The notes below the pieces were generated by a model. That model searched no databases and had not been told where the DNA came from. It was given only the letters and a program-made list of their open reading frames with translations. 64,000 nucleotides of DNA from Candidatus Saccharimonadales bacterium (GTDB taxonomy: Bacteria; Patescibacteriota; Saccharimonadia; Saccharimonadales; SZUA-47), in NCBI GenBank assembly GCA_041737385.1, contig JBGSRU010000005.1, positions 64,128 to 128,127 of the forward strand, written 5' to 3'. Both the position numbers and the translations under genes were made by a program. Positions 8,069 through 18,428 of this stretch are shown in pieces (the stretch's first letter is position 1; each line of letters begins with the position of its first letter).

Positions 8069-9778
8069 TTCTTCCTCGGTGTCTGAACTGTGTGCGGCAC
8101 TTTCAAAATGAGAGTGAAGATAGGTTATGTGCTCATCACGGAATTTTCTGAACTCACTCTTTTTCAGTCCACTTTTTCGTATAAAGGCACCTATTTTCTC
8201 AGAGCCAATATAATGTGGAAGCATGACATACCCAGCTCCCAAAGTATAGAGCTCTGCAGCCTGTGAAATACTGTCCGCAGTACTGATGACAACGCAATTA
8301 GGGTTAACCTGTTCGACAGTCGAGAGGAGAAACTTGTTCGTTTCATGATCATCAATTATAGAAATAATAAGTTTCGCGCTTGAGACTCCAGCTTCTTCTA
8401 GCATCTCAGGATCAGTTGCATCACCGTAGATGTACGGAATATTTTTTTTCTCAAGCCCTTCGATGATTTCAGGGTCATAGTCAACAACTGCATAAGGCCG
8501 TTTCATCTCTTCGAACACTTTAATAAACTCCAGACCACCTCGTTTGGAGCCAAACAGTAGGAGCTCATTAGCACGTGTGGTTTTTGTATCCCTTTTAGTG
8601 TGTTTTCTTTCAAAGACACTTAGGTATTTTTCAAATATAACGTAGAGTTTTTCGTCGTACAAAATAACATACGAGCTAACTGCAATTGTGATAAGTCCGA
8701 CCATAGTCATGAGCGACAACGTCTCTGCAGTGATCTGTCCTGTCCTATTAGCCAACAGCAACATGACGAGCGAAAACTCGCTAATCTGAGCTACAGCAAG
8801 AGACGTTTTGAAGCTAGTTTTTTTAGTGTAGCCAAGCGTACCCATGATGATCATGACAATTATCGGGTTACCAATCAATACAAACGCTGAAAGTATAAGT
8901 GCTTGAGGAGCGATGTTTATTGCACCACTTAGATCAAGCTGAGAGCCAAGTACTACGAAGAACAGTACGATGAAAAAGTCGCGCAGTGGCTTAAGTCTAG
9001 ATGCAGCTTCTTGTGCGTAGTTGAATCCAGCAAGACAAACCCCAGCAGCAAGTGCACCGACTTCAAGTGAGAAATCTGCTGATTTAAATATGGCTCCAAT
9101 ACCAAGTCCCCACGCTATTGAAAAAAGGAACAAAAGCTCCTGCGATCCTGCAATCGTTTTTGTGAATAGTGGCAATACGAGCTTGACCACTAGATATAAA
9201 CCAGAAACCAGCATAAGTCCTTTGATTACTAACTCGAGTAGGTCATTTGCATTGAGGCCGCCGCTACTATTGGCGCTTACAACAAGAAGCGCAATTGTTG
9301 CTAATATGTCTTGGACAAGTAGAAAGCCTGTAGCTATCTTTCCGTGAAGACGGTTCTGCTCTTTTTTATCGTTAAGCAGTTTCAGGATGATAATTGTACT
9401 AGAAAAAGCTAAACCTATAGCGACATAGATAGTCGCTGTTGTTGTTAAGTCGGTTATTGCAGACACAAGGAAAAAGCCTACTATTGTCGTAAAAGCTACC
9501 TGGCCGAATCCAGTTAAAACTGCTACACGACCGACTTCTTTTATTACTTTTGGATTTAGGCCTAACCCAACTAAGAAAAGTAGAAGTGCGATGCCCATAT
9601 CTGAAAATACAGTTAGGGTTTCTCCGTTCGTTACTAGGTTTAATACAGTAGGGCCAACGAGCAGTCCGGTTATTATATGCCCAATGATCAATGGTTGACG
9701 TAAAAGCCTCATTAATAGTGCTACTGCAGTGCCTATAGCGATGATTAAACTAATTTCTAGAAATAAATTATGATCCAT
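8057..9778 (-). CDS. CPA2-family cation/proton antiporter (Kef-type) with C-terminal RCK/TrkA-N domain
   Basis: About 12 TM Na+/H+-exchanger-like N-terminal region, followed by a soluble Rossmann-like domain (LLLFGSKRGG...). Confidence 0.85.
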   Translation of the reverse strand: MDHNLFLEISLIIAIGTAVALLMRLLRQPLIIGHIITGLLVGPTVLNLVTNGETLTVFSDMGIALLLFLVGLGLNPKVIKEVGRVAVLTGFGQVAFTTIVGFFLVSAITDLTTTATIYVAIGLAFSSTIIILKLLNDKKEQNRLHGKIATGFLLVQDILATIALLVVSANSSGGLNANDLLELVIKGLMLVSGLYLVVKLVLPLFTKTIAGSQELLFLFSIAWGLGIGAIFKSADFSLEVGALAAGVCLAGFNYAQEAASRLKPLRDFFIVLFFVVLGSQLDLSGAINIAPQALILSAFVLIGNPIIVMIIMGTLGYTKKTSFKTSLAVAQISEFSLVMLLLANRTGQITAETLSLMTMVGLITIAVSSYVILYDEKLYVIFEKYLSVFERKHTKRDTKTTRANELLLFGSKRGGLEFIKVFEEMKRPYAVVDYDPEIIEGLEKKNIPYIYGDATDPEMLEEAGVSSAKLIISIIDDHETNKFLLSTVEQVNPNCVVISTADSISQAAELYTLGAGYVMLPHYIGSEKIGAFIRKSGLKKSEFRKFRDEHITYLHSHFESAAHSSDTEEESVI

Positions 9779-9831
9779 GTTTGTTGTATTAGATAATTAC
9801 TACTTTAATCTTACCATAAACCATAAGAATC

Positions 9832-9860
9832 TTGACGGTTTGCCATCTGTTCGATATACT
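9832..9860 (+). promoter_or_regulatory. sigma70-like promoter TTGACG-17 nt-TATACT
   Basis: Read directly: TTGACG 9832-9837, TATACT 9855-9860. Confidence 0.4.
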
Positions 9861-10056
9861 ATTTTTACTTCTGTAAAGTTGAGAGCAATTAAAAATTGCA
9901 CTTGCAGAAACATAAAAACAATTAAACAAACATGCGAGAGAAAGGCTGATCAAATGTCAGTCGAAGTAAAAGTAGTGTCTTCTAGACGACAAAAAATAGT
10001 TGTCACAGTCAGACGAGCTAAATGGCGTACATTCCTCACGTACTAAGAGAAAAGTT

Positions 10057-10086
10057 AAAAGAGAGCCTCTGCGAGAGCTCTCTTTT
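10057..10086. terminator. bidirectional intrinsic terminator
   Basis: AAAAGAGAGC (10057-10066) / GCTCTCTTTT (10077-10086) with a 10-nt loop. Lies downstream of the DsbA-like gene. Confidence 0.6.
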
Positions 10087-10106
10087 AAATTACGGTTAGC
10101 TTAAAG

Positions 10107-10850
10107 TTACTGTGAAGTGTCTGTTGAGCCCTGAGTAGGATCTTCAGTGGGTGCTATTTCTTCTGGTGCAAGTGCTTCAGGTGTCACATCAGCAGATTCT
10201 GGAGTTTTCCCCAGAGCTTTGTCTATAAGTGCAGAGAACTCCTCTACTGTATCAACAGTAGACGTATCGTCAATCTTTACTCCGTTTAGAATGAATGTTG
10301 GTGTTCCAGACACCTGATACTCACTTTTGCCTGCAGCAGTATCTGCGTTAATAATACCTAATGTGTTGCTGTCCTCAACATCAGCTCTAAACTGGTCAAT
10401 ATCAAGCTCTAGTTGGGCTGCATACTGCTCGAAAATCTGGATAGCTTGCTGGATGGTTACTCCGACTTGATCTGTTTGTGACGGGCCGTTCCAGTCTTCT
10501 AGGTTCTGATATAACAAGTCGTGCATCTCAAAAAACTTACCTTGTTTGCTAGCTGCTTCTGCTGCTCTGTGTGCAGCTAATGCATTGCGGTGGATTTGTA
10601 CTAGCGGAAAGTGCTTGAACTGAAAAGAAATTTCATCTTTATATTTTTCTTTGATCTGATCTACAATCGGGAAGAACGCGCCGCAAGCAGGGCACTCAAA
10701 ATCTGCGAACTCTACAATTTTGACAGAAGAGTCAGTGTTACCAAATATATGTGACGATTGCTCTCCCGTGATTGAATTATCTTTTCCGAACAATACCGCT
10801 CCGGCGATAATCCCTACGACCAGCACTACGGCTATAATAGCTTGCTTCAT
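10107..10850 (-). CDS. DsbA-family thiol:disulfide oxidoreductase, membrane-anchored
   Basis: N-terminal TM, thioredoxin fold with the CPAC active site (FADFECPACGAF). Confidence 0.8.
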   Translation of the reverse strand: MKQAIIAVVLVVGIIAGAVLFGKDNSITGEQSSHIFGNTDSSVKIVEFADFECPACGAFFPIVDQIKEKYKDEISFQFKHFPLVQIHRNALAAHRAAEAASKQGKFFEMHDLLYQNLEDWNGPSQTDQVGVTIQQAIQIFEQYAAQLELDIDQFRADVEDSNTLGIINADTAAGKSEYQVSGTPTFILNGVKIDDTSTVDTVEEFSALIDKALGKTPESADVTPEALAPEEIAPTEDPTQGSTDTSQ

Positions 10851-10931
10851 GTGACTCCTTTTATCTTGATTCTCTATACATTCTAATGCATAAAGCTTGT
10901 ACTTGACTACTGAATAAGCGAAAATAAGAAT

Positions 10932-11996
10932 ATGTCAGATTTTATTTTCGCTTTATTGCTTCTATTACTGATATTAATCTCAGCTTTTAGCTCGGGCATT
11001 AGTAACGGTATTTTTTCACTTAATCAGTACCAAATACGTCGTAAAGCCCAGCTTGGTAATAAAGACGCCAAGATCGTGTATCCCTTTAAAGCACTTGGCT
11101 ATCAGCTATTAGTAACACTTCTTATTATTAATATAACTGCTAATGCCACGATTGCCATCATGCTGGATAGTAAAACTGGTGGTTTATTTGCGGTGCTATT
11201 TAGCACAGGGTTTATTTTAATTTTTGGTGAGATTCTACCAATGATATACATGCGTAAATATGTTGTGTATGTCACCGCTCGAGTTGCACCCGTATTGCAT
11301 AAAGTCATTACTTTTATGACACCGATAACACGACCAATCGCACACATTCTAGATAAATGGGTAGGAAACGAAACGCAAGTATTTTATAGCAAAGAAGAGC
11401 TTATTAATATGTTAAATGGCCAAAAGCTTGCCACTGAAAGCGGTGTTGCAGTGGATGAGGCGCGAATGCTTCGAACAGTGTTGGAGTTTGACGAAAAGCT
11501 TGTCCGTGATGTAATGACACCGAGGCGTATGGCAAGCATAGTAACGAAAGATGATGAGGTTGGTCCGCTACTAATGGATGAACTGCACAAGTCTGGCTAC
11601 TCACGGTTTCCGGTTATTGCCGAAGAAAAACATTTTAGTTTTGTTGGTACCTTGTATCTTCGTGACTTAGTCGGTGAAACAGGTACAAAAAAGGTTAAAG
11701 ACCTGATGAGTCCCCACGTACGCTATATGCATGAAGAAGAATCACTTGATCATGCACTCCGAGCTTTTCTGAAAACACACCATCATCTGTTTGTCGTGGT
11801 AAATAACTTTGAAGAATTTGTCGGTGTTCTAAGCATCGAGGACGTCCTAGAAGAGATAATTGGCAGAGAGATAATTGACGAATTTGATAACCACGAGGAC
11901 CTGCGAGCAGTTGCAAAGTCGCTTGCAGAAAAAGAACGAAAAAAGCGCTTAACAGCTCAAGACTCTGTTAAAAATAGCCCAAAAGTGATAAAGTAG
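10932..11996 (+). CDS. CNNM/DUF21 transmembrane domain plus CBS-pair protein (CorC/TlyC-like)
   Basis: DUF21-type N-terminal TM region, then a tandem CBS region (VRDVMTPR...FPV...). Confidence 0.8.
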   Translation: MSDFIFALLLLLLILISAFSSGISNGIFSLNQYQIRRKAQLGNKDAKIVYPFKALGYQLLVTLLIINITANATIAIMLDSKTGGLFAVLFSTGFILIFGEILPMIYMRKYVVYVTARVAPVLHKVITFMTPITRPIAHILDKWVGNETQVFYSKEELINMLNGQKLATESGVAVDEARMLRTVLEFDEKLVRDVMTPRRMASIVTKDDEVGPLLMDELHKSGYSRFPVIAEEKHFSFVGTLYLRDLVGETGTKKVKDLMSPHVRYMHEEESLDHALRAFLKTHHHLFVVVNNFEEFVGVLSIEDVLEEIIGREIIDEFDNHEDLRAVAKSLAEKERKKRLTAQDSVKNSPKVIK

Positions 11997-12129
11997 CCTT
12001 GATATGACATATTTTGGTAACACTGATAATAATCTCCGGTCCGCAAGCTAGCCATTTAGGCGGACTAGCTGTGCCTTTAGGACCGAACCAGCCAAATATA
12101 AGACTAAAAAATTCTAATCAAGGAACATC

Positions 12130-13437
12130 ATGGAACGAACATTAAGTAGAGACATCGCGTCTCACATAGGTAAAGAAATACTCATTAAAGGCTGGCTACA
12201 CAAAAAGCGCCTACTTGGTGGGCTAACCTTCATAAACGTCCGCGACCGAGCTGGACTTGTGCAAGTGTTAATCGAAAACAAAGATGAAACCGAAAAACTT
12301 CGCGGGATGCAGATTGGTACAGTGCTTGAGATTACCGGAAGTGTCGTAGCAGAAGAGCGAGCCCCGGGTGGTGCTGAAATTCATGATCCAACAGTTACTG
12401 TAACCACACCAGTCACCGACGAACCACCTATTGAGATCGATAAGCCTATTAGTCATAAAAGTGAGCATTTAGACACGCTCTTTGAACACCGAGTAGTTGG
12501 ACTTAGAAATTTGCAAGAACAAAAAATATTTAAGATACGTGCTGATTTAACCAGATATATTAGAGAATTTTTGCACGAAAATGAGTTCGTTGAAATTGAT
12601 ACACCGAAACTACTATCTGGTGCAACTGAAGGCGGAGCTGAAGTATTTGAAGTAAAATATTTTGACCAAACAGCGATTCTTGCCCAAAGCCCCCAGTTCT
12701 ATAAGCAAATTATGGTTGGCGTGTTCGAACGTGTCTATGAGATAGGGCATAGCTACCGCGCTGAACCAAGTGCAACAAGCAGGCACCTCACAGAGCTCAC
12801 CATGCTTGATATTGAGATGGGGTTTGTTGAGAGTCATCAAGAAGTAATGGATACCGTTGCTGACATGACAAAACGCGCCCTTCGGCGTGTATATGACGAA
12901 CACGCAGCTGACCTCAAAAGCTTGCAAGCACCAGAACTCGTCTTAAACGATAGCGTTCCAGCTTTCACGATTGCTGAAATTCATGAGATGTACACTAATG
13001 CCACCAAAACAGATACTACTGATGAAAAAGATCTCATTCCTGACGAAGAGCGTTGGATTGCTGAGCATGCACGTAAACAGCTCGGAAGTGACCTAGTCTA
13101 CGCAGTTGATTTCCCTAAGGTAGCAGGCAAGTTCTATCACAAATTCAAAGATGACGGTACGGTTGCATGGGGCGATTTACTCTTCCGTGGGCTAGAAATA
13201 GCCACCGTTCCACTACGCGAGAACAACTACGAAAAAATGATAGAACAAATGACTGCTGCTGGACTTGATGTTACGCATGATGGATTCAAGTACTACCTGC
13301 AAGCATTCAAATACGGCCTGCCGATGCATGGTGGGTGCGGATTTGGTATTGATCGCCTCGTTCAAAAGACTATAGGCCTCAACAACGTCAAAGAGGCGAC
13401 GCTATTCCCAAGAGATATCAACCGCCTAGGACCTTAG
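12130..13437 (+). CDS. aspS: aspartate--tRNA ligase, archaeal/type-2 (possibly non-discriminating)
   Basis: Class IIb OB-fold N-terminus, LAQSPQFYKQ, YRAE, GGCGFGIDRL, C-terminal FPRDINRLGP. About 435 aa. Confidence 0.8.
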   Translation: MERTLSRDIASHIGKEILIKGWLHKKRLLGGLTFINVRDRAGLVQVLIENKDETEKLRGMQIGTVLEITGSVVAEERAPGGAEIHDPTVTVTTPVTDEPPIEIDKPISHKSEHLDTLFEHRVVGLRNLQEQKIFKIRADLTRYIREFLHENEFVEIDTPKLLSGATEGGAEVFEVKYFDQTAILAQSPQFYKQIMVGVFERVYEIGHSYRAEPSATSRHLTELTMLDIEMGFVESHQEVMDTVADMTKRALRRVYDEHAADLKSLQAPELVLNDSVPAFTIAEIHEMYTNATKTDTTDEKDLIPDEERWIAEHARKQLGSDLVYAVDFPKVAGKFYHKFKDDGTVAWGDLLFRGLEIATVPLRENNYEKMIEQMTAAGLDVTHDGFKYYLQAFKYGLPMHGGCGFGIDRLVQKTIGLNNVKEATLFPRDINRLGP

Positions 13438-14030
13438 TGAAAGTTATTTTATTCGATGCTGATGGAGTTTTGACACTAGCAGAAGAGTATTTTGTCGAAG
13501 TTTATGCGCAGTCGCGTGGGTTTGATCCTGAGCCTTTTGAAGAGTTTTTCAAAAACGATTGGCAAGATATTGTAACCGGTAAAAAAGACCTTAAAGAATC
13601 AATCAATGAACATGCCGACCTATGGCAGTGGCATAGTACAGCCGACGAGCTGATCGCTCTATGGTGCAAAACAGAAGACGTACGTAATGAAGAACTGATA
13701 AAAGTGGTTAAACAGCTAAAAGAGGCTGGCTATGCATGCTGCTTGGCAACCGACCAAGAAAAATATCGTGGAGAGTATATAAGAAATGTCATGTTCAAAG
13801 ATCTATTTGAAGACTATTTTATTTCTGCAGAGTTAGGGGTAGCGAAAACAGATCTAAAGTTCTTTGAACTAGTAATAGAATCACTGCAAAAAAAGCACTC
13901 GTTGATTAAATCGGAAGAAATTATATTTTTTGATGACAGCCAAAGCAAAGTAGACTCAGCGAAAACAGCTGGGCTTGATGCACGTTTATATACCTCAGTT
14001 GATCAAGTACGTGCTATTCTTGAGTTATGA
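13437..14030 (+). CDS. HAD-superfamily hydrolase
   Basis: ILFDADGVLT (DxDG) motif I and FFDDS motif IV. GTG start overlaps the aspS stop. Confidence 0.7.
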   Translation: MKVILFDADGVLTLAEEYFVEVYAQSRGFDPEPFEEFFKNDWQDIVTGKKDLKESINEHADLWQWHSTADELIALWCKTEDVRNEELIKVVKQLKEAGYACCLATDQEKYRGEYIRNVMFKDLFEDYFISAELGVAKTDLKFFELVIESLQKKHSLIKSEEIIFFDDSQSKVDSAKTAGLDARLYTSVDQVRAILEL

Positions 14031-14662
14031 GAGTATTGATATTCGGTGATTCAATCACCCAAGGCTTTTGGGACGGTGAAGGAGGCTGGGTTTCACGCAT
14101 TAGAAAACACTTCGATAAGCTTATTATTGCCGGCACATTAGCCGACATACCGACCGTATATAACCTCGGTGTATCAGGCGACAAAACTAAAGACATCATT
14201 GAACGCATAGAGCACGAAACAAAAGCACGAGAATGGCCAAATGAACCATTTGTTATAATGCTCGCTGTAGGCATTAACGACTCTATTCTTATTGAAAATA
14301 AGGCAGAACTGGACATCTATGAATTTCAAGAACAGTACGAAAAGCTAGTAGATATATCGAAAAAACTAGCAGGACGCGTTATCTGTGTCGGGCTAACCGC
14401 AGTCGACGAATCATTAACAGATCCATTTGCCGATAGTGAAAGCGGTAAGCAGCTTAAAAATAATCGAATTAACTTGTTTCAGGACACTATTAAGCAGGTT
14501 GCGTCCCAAAAAGAAGTTGATTTTATACCGGTGCACGATATGTTTCTAAAAATGCTCGAAAAAGGAGTAAACTCGTTGCAAGATGGTCTTCACCCTAACG
14601 ACGAAGGCCATGAAATGTTAGAGAAAATTATCCTCCCAAAACTTCTAGAATACCTCGTCTAG
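14027..14662 (+). CDS. SGNH/GDSL hydrolase
   Basis: IFGDSITQG, GINDS and DGLHPN blocks. ATGA overlap with the upstream gene. Confidence 0.75.
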   Translation: MRVLIFGDSITQGFWDGEGGWVSRIRKHFDKLIIAGTLADIPTVYNLGVSGDKTKDIIERIEHETKAREWPNEPFVIMLAVGINDSILIENKAELDIYEFQEQYEKLVDISKKLAGRVICVGLTAVDESLTDPFADSESGKQLKNNRINLFQDTIKQVASQKEVDFIPVHDMFLKMLEKGVNSLQDGLHPNDEGHEMLEKIILPKLLEYLV

Positions 14663-14663
14663 T

Positions 14664-15410
14664 ATGTCAAACATTGAGCTTATTATATTTGCAGTTGTGA
14701 CTCTGTTATCAACAATAATCTCAGCGACTTCAGGTGGTGGTGCAGGATTTATTTTGACGCCACTTGCAATATTTATGGGTCTCACTCCGCAACAGACAGT
14801 TGCAACAGGTAAATTTGTTGGATTATCCGCAGCAGTAAGCGGCTTACGGGTGTTGCGTGCTCAGAAGCTTCATTCGCGGCTAATAGCTGGGACCATGATG
14901 GTACTTGCTGCGTTTATAGGATTGAGCGCACCACAATTAATCACTAGAATAGATAACGATACTTACCAAAAAGTTCTAGGCTTCATAATTCTCGTCATGA
15001 TTCCGGTGCTATACATCAAGAAGACCGGAACATCGAAAAAAACTGTTAGCAGATCACGTCAAAAGTTTGGCTGGTTATTTATCTGTATCACGCTTCTTGG
15101 GCAAGCTGTACTTGGTGGTGGAGTTGGCACATTTGTTAATCTTGTCTTGATGAGTTTTTTTGGAATGGGTGCGCTCGAAGCAGCGATTACGAAAAGATTT
15201 TCACAGGTCATATTAAACGCAGCACTTATCATCGGCCTATTTGGTACAGGCCTGATCGTGTGGAGAGTATCAATAGTCGCTGGGATTGCAAGCGCTATAG
15301 GCTCACACATTGGTTCCAAACTGGCGATAAAAAAGGGCAATGCGTTTGTCATGAACATACTCATGATTGCCATGTTATTCTCGGGCGTAGCTCTGTTAAT
15401 AGGCCTTTAA
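14664..15410 (+). CDS. TauE/SafE (DUF81) family anion exporter
   Basis: Polytopic membrane protein with SGGGAGFILTP and a second GGGVGTF repeat. Confidence 0.75.
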   Translation: MSNIELIIFAVVTLLSTIISATSGGGAGFILTPLAIFMGLTPQQTVATGKFVGLSAAVSGLRVLRAQKLHSRLIAGTMMVLAAFIGLSAPQLITRIDNDTYQKVLGFIILVMIPVLYIKKTGTSKKTVSRSRQKFGWLFICITLLGQAVLGGGVGTFVNLVLMSFFGMGALEAAITKRFSQVILNAALIIGLFGTGLIVWRVSIVAGIASAIGSHIGSKLAIKKGNAFVMNILMIAMLFSGVALLIGL

Positions 15411-15702
15411 CAACTCAAAGCGTCAAAGATTCCAGAAACCCAAGCACACGATAGCCCTGACATAAATATTTTAACTATTAGAAATAAACTATTGTCATAA
15501 ACCAGATGACAAAGAACATCGAACAAAGTTCATTATATTAACGGTAGCCGGTAAAAATTTACTAAAAAATTCAGAGCCAGAACTTAGACAAGCACTAAAA
15601 TTATGTCTCTCATAAGTACCTACGGAAGATGTAAAGACGTATATACTCTTCTGATTCATGTAGCGTATAAAATATAGTGGGCTATTAAAAAGTAAATAAA
15701 AA

Positions 15703-15731
15703 ATCGCGGGTGAGTGATCCCGCGATTTTTT
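15703..15731. terminator. bidirectional intrinsic terminator
   Basis: ATCGCGGG (15703-15710) / CCCGCGAT (15719-15726), flanked by an A-run and a T-run. Lies downstream of the fasciclin gene. Confidence 0.7.
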
Positions 15732-15753
15732 AAATCTGTAACAACTATTTTTG

Positions 15754-16356
15754 TTATGGGAGTAGTACGGCGTTGATTACGTGTATAACACCGTTAGATG
15801 CTTTAATATCTGCTGCTGATACCATGGCTCGTCCACCGTTAGCATCGACAAAGTAGACACCTGAGTCGGTTATATCGACAGTCAATGTACCGCCTTGTAC
15901 AGTATCGACAACCATTCCGTCAGTGAGATCTGTGCTCAAAACACTTCCTGAGATTACGTGGTAGGTAAGTATGTCACCAAGATCTTCACGTGCGAGTAGC
16001 TCTTCCGCAGTAATGCCTAATGCTTCTAGTGCTGCTGCAAATGCATCATTACTTGGAGCCAAAACTGTAAAAGGTCCTACACCACTTAGTGTGTCTACAA
16101 GATTTGCCTCTGTTACCGCTGCTACCAAAGTACTTAATGACGGTGTAGCTACAGCTAATTCAACAATGTTGCTTGTTGGAGCCGCTTCTTCAGCAGTTGC
16201 CGCTTCGCTTGCTGATTCATTTGAACTTTCTTGAACTTCTGATGAAACAGTTTCGTTTGCATCATCGTCTTGTGTGAAAGCATAGATACCTATACCACCA
16301 CCGATTAATACGAGCACAGCTACGACTGCTGCAATCATTGATTTGTTATTTTCCAT
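15754..16356 (-). CDS. fasciclin (FAS1) domain protein, membrane-anchored
   Basis: N-terminal TM, TVLAPSNDAF, LTYHV, NGVIHVIN motifs. Confidence 0.85.
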   Translation of the reverse strand: MENNKSMIAAVVAVLVLIGGGIGIYAFTQDDDANETVSSEVQESSNESASEAATAEEAAPTSNIVELAVATPSLSTLVAAVTEANLVDTLSGVGPFTVLAPSNDAFAAALEALGITAEELLAREDLGDILTYHVISGSVLSTDLTDGMVVDTVQGGTLTVDITDSGVYFVDANGGRAMVSAADIKASNGVIHVINAVLLP

Positions 16357-16443
16357 TGTAACCCTCCAAAGGTTTAATTGATTGTAAGCACTACTATGAA
16401 GCTTCGTGTGTATATGACGTGTCTGTAGAGTGTAAAGCTCGCG

Positions 16444-17439
16444 TTAAGAAGGAAGTGAAAGCGTAACTGTAGTGCCTTTTTTTGGTGCGCTTTCAATTGT
16501 TTTTGAGCCACCATAGGTGTTTAAAATTTTCTGAACTATTGCTAAACCAAGACCGGTTCCCTCAATTGTCCCCGTATTGCCGGCGCGGAAAAATCTGTTT
16601 CCTATGTTTTCTAAATCTTTTTGCGGGATTCCAATTCCTTGGTCCTTTACAATAATCGTAATTGAACCTTTATATTTTCGTTGCTTAATCACAACCTTTG
16701 ACTGCGGAGAAGAATATTTAATCGCGTTATCAATTATATTTTTGACAAGTCTTACATAGTCGTCAGCAGACATTTTTTTATGTATATCTTTTTCGGTGGT
16801 TACTTCTAGTTTAATTTTTTTGCTAACAGCTAGCGGCTGTAACTCTTCAACGACATCCAGCAAAAGATCAGAGATTGAAAGCATCGAGGGCTCTTGTTTA
16901 TTTCGTCTTTCTAAGAAAAGGAGGTCTTCGTTAATGAGCACAAGACGCTTGGTTTGCCTTCTAAACGTTTTGACTAGTGGTGTAGCATCTTTAGTTTGTT
17001 GTAATGCGGCAGTCATTGCTGCAAGAGGGTTACGAAGTTCATGTGCTGCATCTTGAATAAAGCGTTCTTGAGATTCATATGCTTGCACAACTGGATGCAT
17101 AAGTTTTCGAGCTGCAAAAAGGGCGACGATTGTTCCTGTAGAAACAGCTATCACTGAGGTCAAAGCGAGACCTCTTGTAACACGATCTGCCTCTTGCTCT
17201 TTGATAGAACTTGCGAGTGTAATAAAATGTGCTTCAAAAGCTTTTTGATCTTCCAGATATTCAGCAAAGGCTTCATTTTCATTTGCTGAAGAATGCACTT
17301 CGCTAGAATTAGCAGGACTTGCAAGTTCCCTTTGACTGTATAACTGCAACATTCCCCATGAAATACTAACAACAAAAATTACTACGGATAATATGGTGAC
17401 GATAAATTTGTTACGAGTATTTTGTATAAGCTTTTCCAC
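16444..17439 (-). CDS. sensor histidine kinase
   Basis: Two TM helices, H-box AAHELRNPLA, HATPase_c N/G boxes (DNAIKYS, DQGIGI, GTGLGLAI). Confidence 0.85.
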   Translation of the reverse strand: MEKLIQNTRNKFIVTILSVVIFVVSISWGMLQLYSQRELASPANSSEVHSSANENEAFAEYLEDQKAFEAHFITLASSIKEQEADRVTRGLALTSVIAVSTGTIVALFAARKLMHPVVQAYESQERFIQDAAHELRNPLAAMTAALQQTKDATPLVKTFRRQTKRLVLINEDLLFLERRNKQEPSMLSISDLLLDVVEELQPLAVSKKIKLEVTTEKDIHKKMSADDYVRLVKNIIDNAIKYSSPQSKVVIKQRKYKGSITIIVKDQGIGIPQKDLENIGNRFFRAGNTGTIEGTGLGLAIVQKILNTYGGSKTIESAPKKGTTVTLSLPS

Positions 17440-17440
17440 G

Positions 17441-18121
17441 TTATTTGCCTCCTATAGGATCGCTGAATATATAACCAACTCCAGGTATTGTTCTGATAAT
17501 TTGAAAGTTTTTATCCTGAAGTTTTTTACGTAAATTCGCTATATGTATTCGAACAGGAGGGGTAACTAAATCTGATTGATCACCCCATGCATACTCAATA
17601 AGGTCATCAATCGGTACAAGTATTTGGTTATTTCTCATGAGTATCTCTAGCATACGCAATTCGAGCGTTGTTAATTCAATTTTTTTATTTCCTGCTATAA
17701 ATTCAAAAGACAGAGGTCGAAGTTCAAAATTATCAGTTTTAATCGTTGTTGAAGCGTCAACTTGCTTTGCATGCGCATTAATTCGGGCACGAAGCTCAAG
17801 TAAGTCAAAAGGCTTTACGATATAGTCAGTTAAACCTAAATCGAAACCTTTAATTTTATCAACAATACCCTCTCGGGCAGTCATGGCGATCAGCGGATAT
17901 TTATGTCCTTCAGCTCTAATATACTCAATGAGGTTAAAGCCTGATTTTCCGGGTAAATTTATGTCAATGATGGCAATATCAAAGTTTTTTTCATCAACAA
18001 TATCAATGCCATCTTCTGCACTAGCTACCGCACTCACAATTGAACCCTCCTCACTCAAGAAAACTTTGAGTGACTCTCGCAGGTCTTGGTTATCTTCGAC
18101 GATAAGAATTTTTTTTGTCAT
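17441..18121 (-). CDS. OmpR-family response regulator
   Basis: Receiver domain (ILIVEDN..DINLPG) plus winged-helix C-terminus (RTIPGVGY). Confidence 0.9.
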   Translation of the reverse strand: MTKKILIVEDNQDLRESLKVFLSEEGSIVSAVASAEDGIDIVDEKNFDIAIIDINLPGKSGFNLIEYIRAEGHKYPLIAMTAREGIVDKIKGFDLGLTDYIVKPFDLLELRARINAHAKQVDASTTIKTDNFELRPLSFEFIAGNKKIELTTLELRMLEILMRNNQILVPIDDLIEYAWGDQSDLVTPPVRIHIANLRKKLQDKNFQIIRTIPGVGYIFSDPIGGK

Positions 18122-18428
18122 AACTGTATTATATCGTTCCTTGGTGTAAAGTGGGCGTATACTGCACTCAATTAATAAAGCTATAAAGACAGTTTGCTAG
18201 AAAAAATAGATGCAGCGTCATAGTTAAAACATTAGTCCAAGAGAAAACCTGAATCAAAAGGGTGAAAAGCTCAAATAAATTACGAGCATAATTTCTGATA
18301 ATCGAGATGATGATGTTCTAAGCAAGGCTAAGAAATTTAAAGTAATGCTGAGGGTTTTATTAGGTTAGATGTTGTTTTTGTGTCTTGTATTATTTTCTGT
18401 TGTGTAAAATGGTAAAATAAGCATAAGT

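Noticed and set aside
9777-10046. 89-aa + strand ORF in the Kef/DsbA intergenic gap
   Set aside because: Its first two thirds span a promoter-like element and AT-rich sequence with no SD. Only the last 30 codons, which have their own SD and ATG, are considered plausible.
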